From IMG/VR virus record IMGVR_UViG_3300031519_000098, positions 1-34,952 of that record: a stretch of DNA of 34,952 nt. One strand, 5' to 3'. Position numbers and translations under genes: made by a program. Positions 34,335 through 34,952 of the stretch are shown one piece after another; within the stretch, counting starts at the first letter, position 1, and each line of letters starts with the position of its first letter. Source of the stretch: a virus (lineage: Duplodnaviria > Caudoviricetes). The notes beneath the pieces were generated by a model. That model was not told the DNA's origin. It worked only from the letters and a program-made list of their open reading frames with translations, and made no database searches.

Positions 34335-34631
34335 TCAGTCGTGATTCAAAATCAGGTCTTCCTCCAAGGACTTAAGTTCCGTGGCAGCGCATACTCTCAT
34401 TTGGTCATGCTCGGATGATGAGTTGAAGCCATCCCAGCGCACAGCAAGATATTTACGCTGATGCCCGTCTTTTCTGGTCTTGGTCCTAAGCTCTGTTACC
34501 GTACCAATTCGCGATGAATAGCGGCGCTGATTCTCTGGATTAACAGCAATACCAAGGTGAATCCGAGGCTTTTCGGCAACTCTATCGCCAACGGCAAACT
34601 TGAATGGTGTGCGGCGTGATTCTTTTGTCAT
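34335..34631 (-). CDS. Hypothetical protein, SH3/Tudor-like pattern
   Basis: FAVGDRV...RIGTVTE...YLAVRWDG; ATGA overlap with thyX stop. Confidence 0.7.
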   Translation of the reverse strand: MTKESRRTPFKFAVGDRVAEKPRIHLGIAVNPENQRRYSSRIGTVTELRTKTRKDGHQRKYLAVRWDGFNSSSEHDQMRVCAATELKSLEEDLILNHD

Positions 34632-34951
34632 GGTGCTAAGCGGGCCTTGCCCCAGCGATTTTTTGTGTACCAGTTATGGACTGAGGGAATCCACTGCTCA
34701 AAGTGAGGCATCATCATCTGGCACATCTGATGAATTTCTATCTGTGCATCGGCCTTGCCCCGCAGGTCAAGGAAGTGCATGAGAGAGCGCAGATTGAACG
34801 TAACGACAAAATGCTGGCGGTAGTCAAACGGCAATACTCCCCTTGCGTGTTCTTCGGAGATGCCAGCATCAAGAGCCTCTTTATAACGCCGAGCCGAGTC
34901 TTCGCAATGCTGAAGATCCCTTGCCCTAAGGCGTTCGTCGTAGGTGTACTT
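34628..34951 (-). CDS. thyX: FAD-dependent thymidylate synthase, C-terminal part (5'-truncated)
   Basis: Frame open to window edge: ...GISEEHARGVLPFDYRQHFVVTFNLRSLMHFLDLRGKADAQIEI. Confidence 0.9.
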   Translation of the reverse strand, partial: KYTYDERLRARDLQHCEDSARRYKEALDAGISEEHARGVLPFDYRQHFVVTFNLRSLMHFLDLRGKADAQIEIHQMCQMMMPHFEQWIPSVHNWYTKNRWGKARLAP

Positions 34952-34952
34952 C

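Larger units (their letters stand above)
1..34952. mobile_element. Siphovirus (lambda-like head, long non-contractile tail) genome segment, probably a cyanophage; free phage vs prophage cannot be decided
   Basis: Contiguous terminase-portal-capsid-tail-fibre-lysis gene order with stop/start overlaps; tube, G/GT chaperone and tape measure but no sheath; no integrase or host genes in the window. Confidence 0.95.

Noticed and set aside
1-34952. Contractile tail, integrase/att site, anti-defence or DNA-modification cluster
   Set aside because: No sheath, baseplate wedge, recombinase or modification enzymes recognised; dcd and thyX alone do not imply modified DNA

Overview
The whole window is tailed-phage DNA: the late (virion and lysis) region of a lambda-like siphovirus. 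It is most likely a cyanophage; this is an inference from the ThyX sequence type, -10-only promoters, scarce Shine-Dalgarno sites and small ORFs resembling cyanophage proteins. The + strand carries, in order: GpA-type terminase large subunit (5'-truncated), gpW-like adaptor, lambda-type portal, a multi-domain protease-capsid polyprotein, head accessory and connector genes, tail tube, a G/GT chaperone with a GGGAAAC -1 frameshift, tape measure, tail-tip genes, two extra tube-like proteins, about 12 kb of modular fibre/receptor-binding genes (beta-helix, vWA, four LamG-like domains), a lysis cassette, dCTP deaminase and an HNH endonuclease. The last ~1.4 kb holds convergent minus-strand genes ending in a truncated thyX. 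Most notable unannotated signals: (1) a second, dnaX-like A AAA AAG -1 frameshift that would extend a 49-aa holin-like protein into a start-less 74-codon frame; (2) a multi-stem structured RNA filling the 34251-34332 intergenic gap behind its own -10 box; (3) a structured leader before the HNH gene in which a hairpin could bring a distant AGGAGG to 7 nt from the start; (4) a modular fibre/adhesin architecture. All family calls are from motif recognition by eye; no searches were run.
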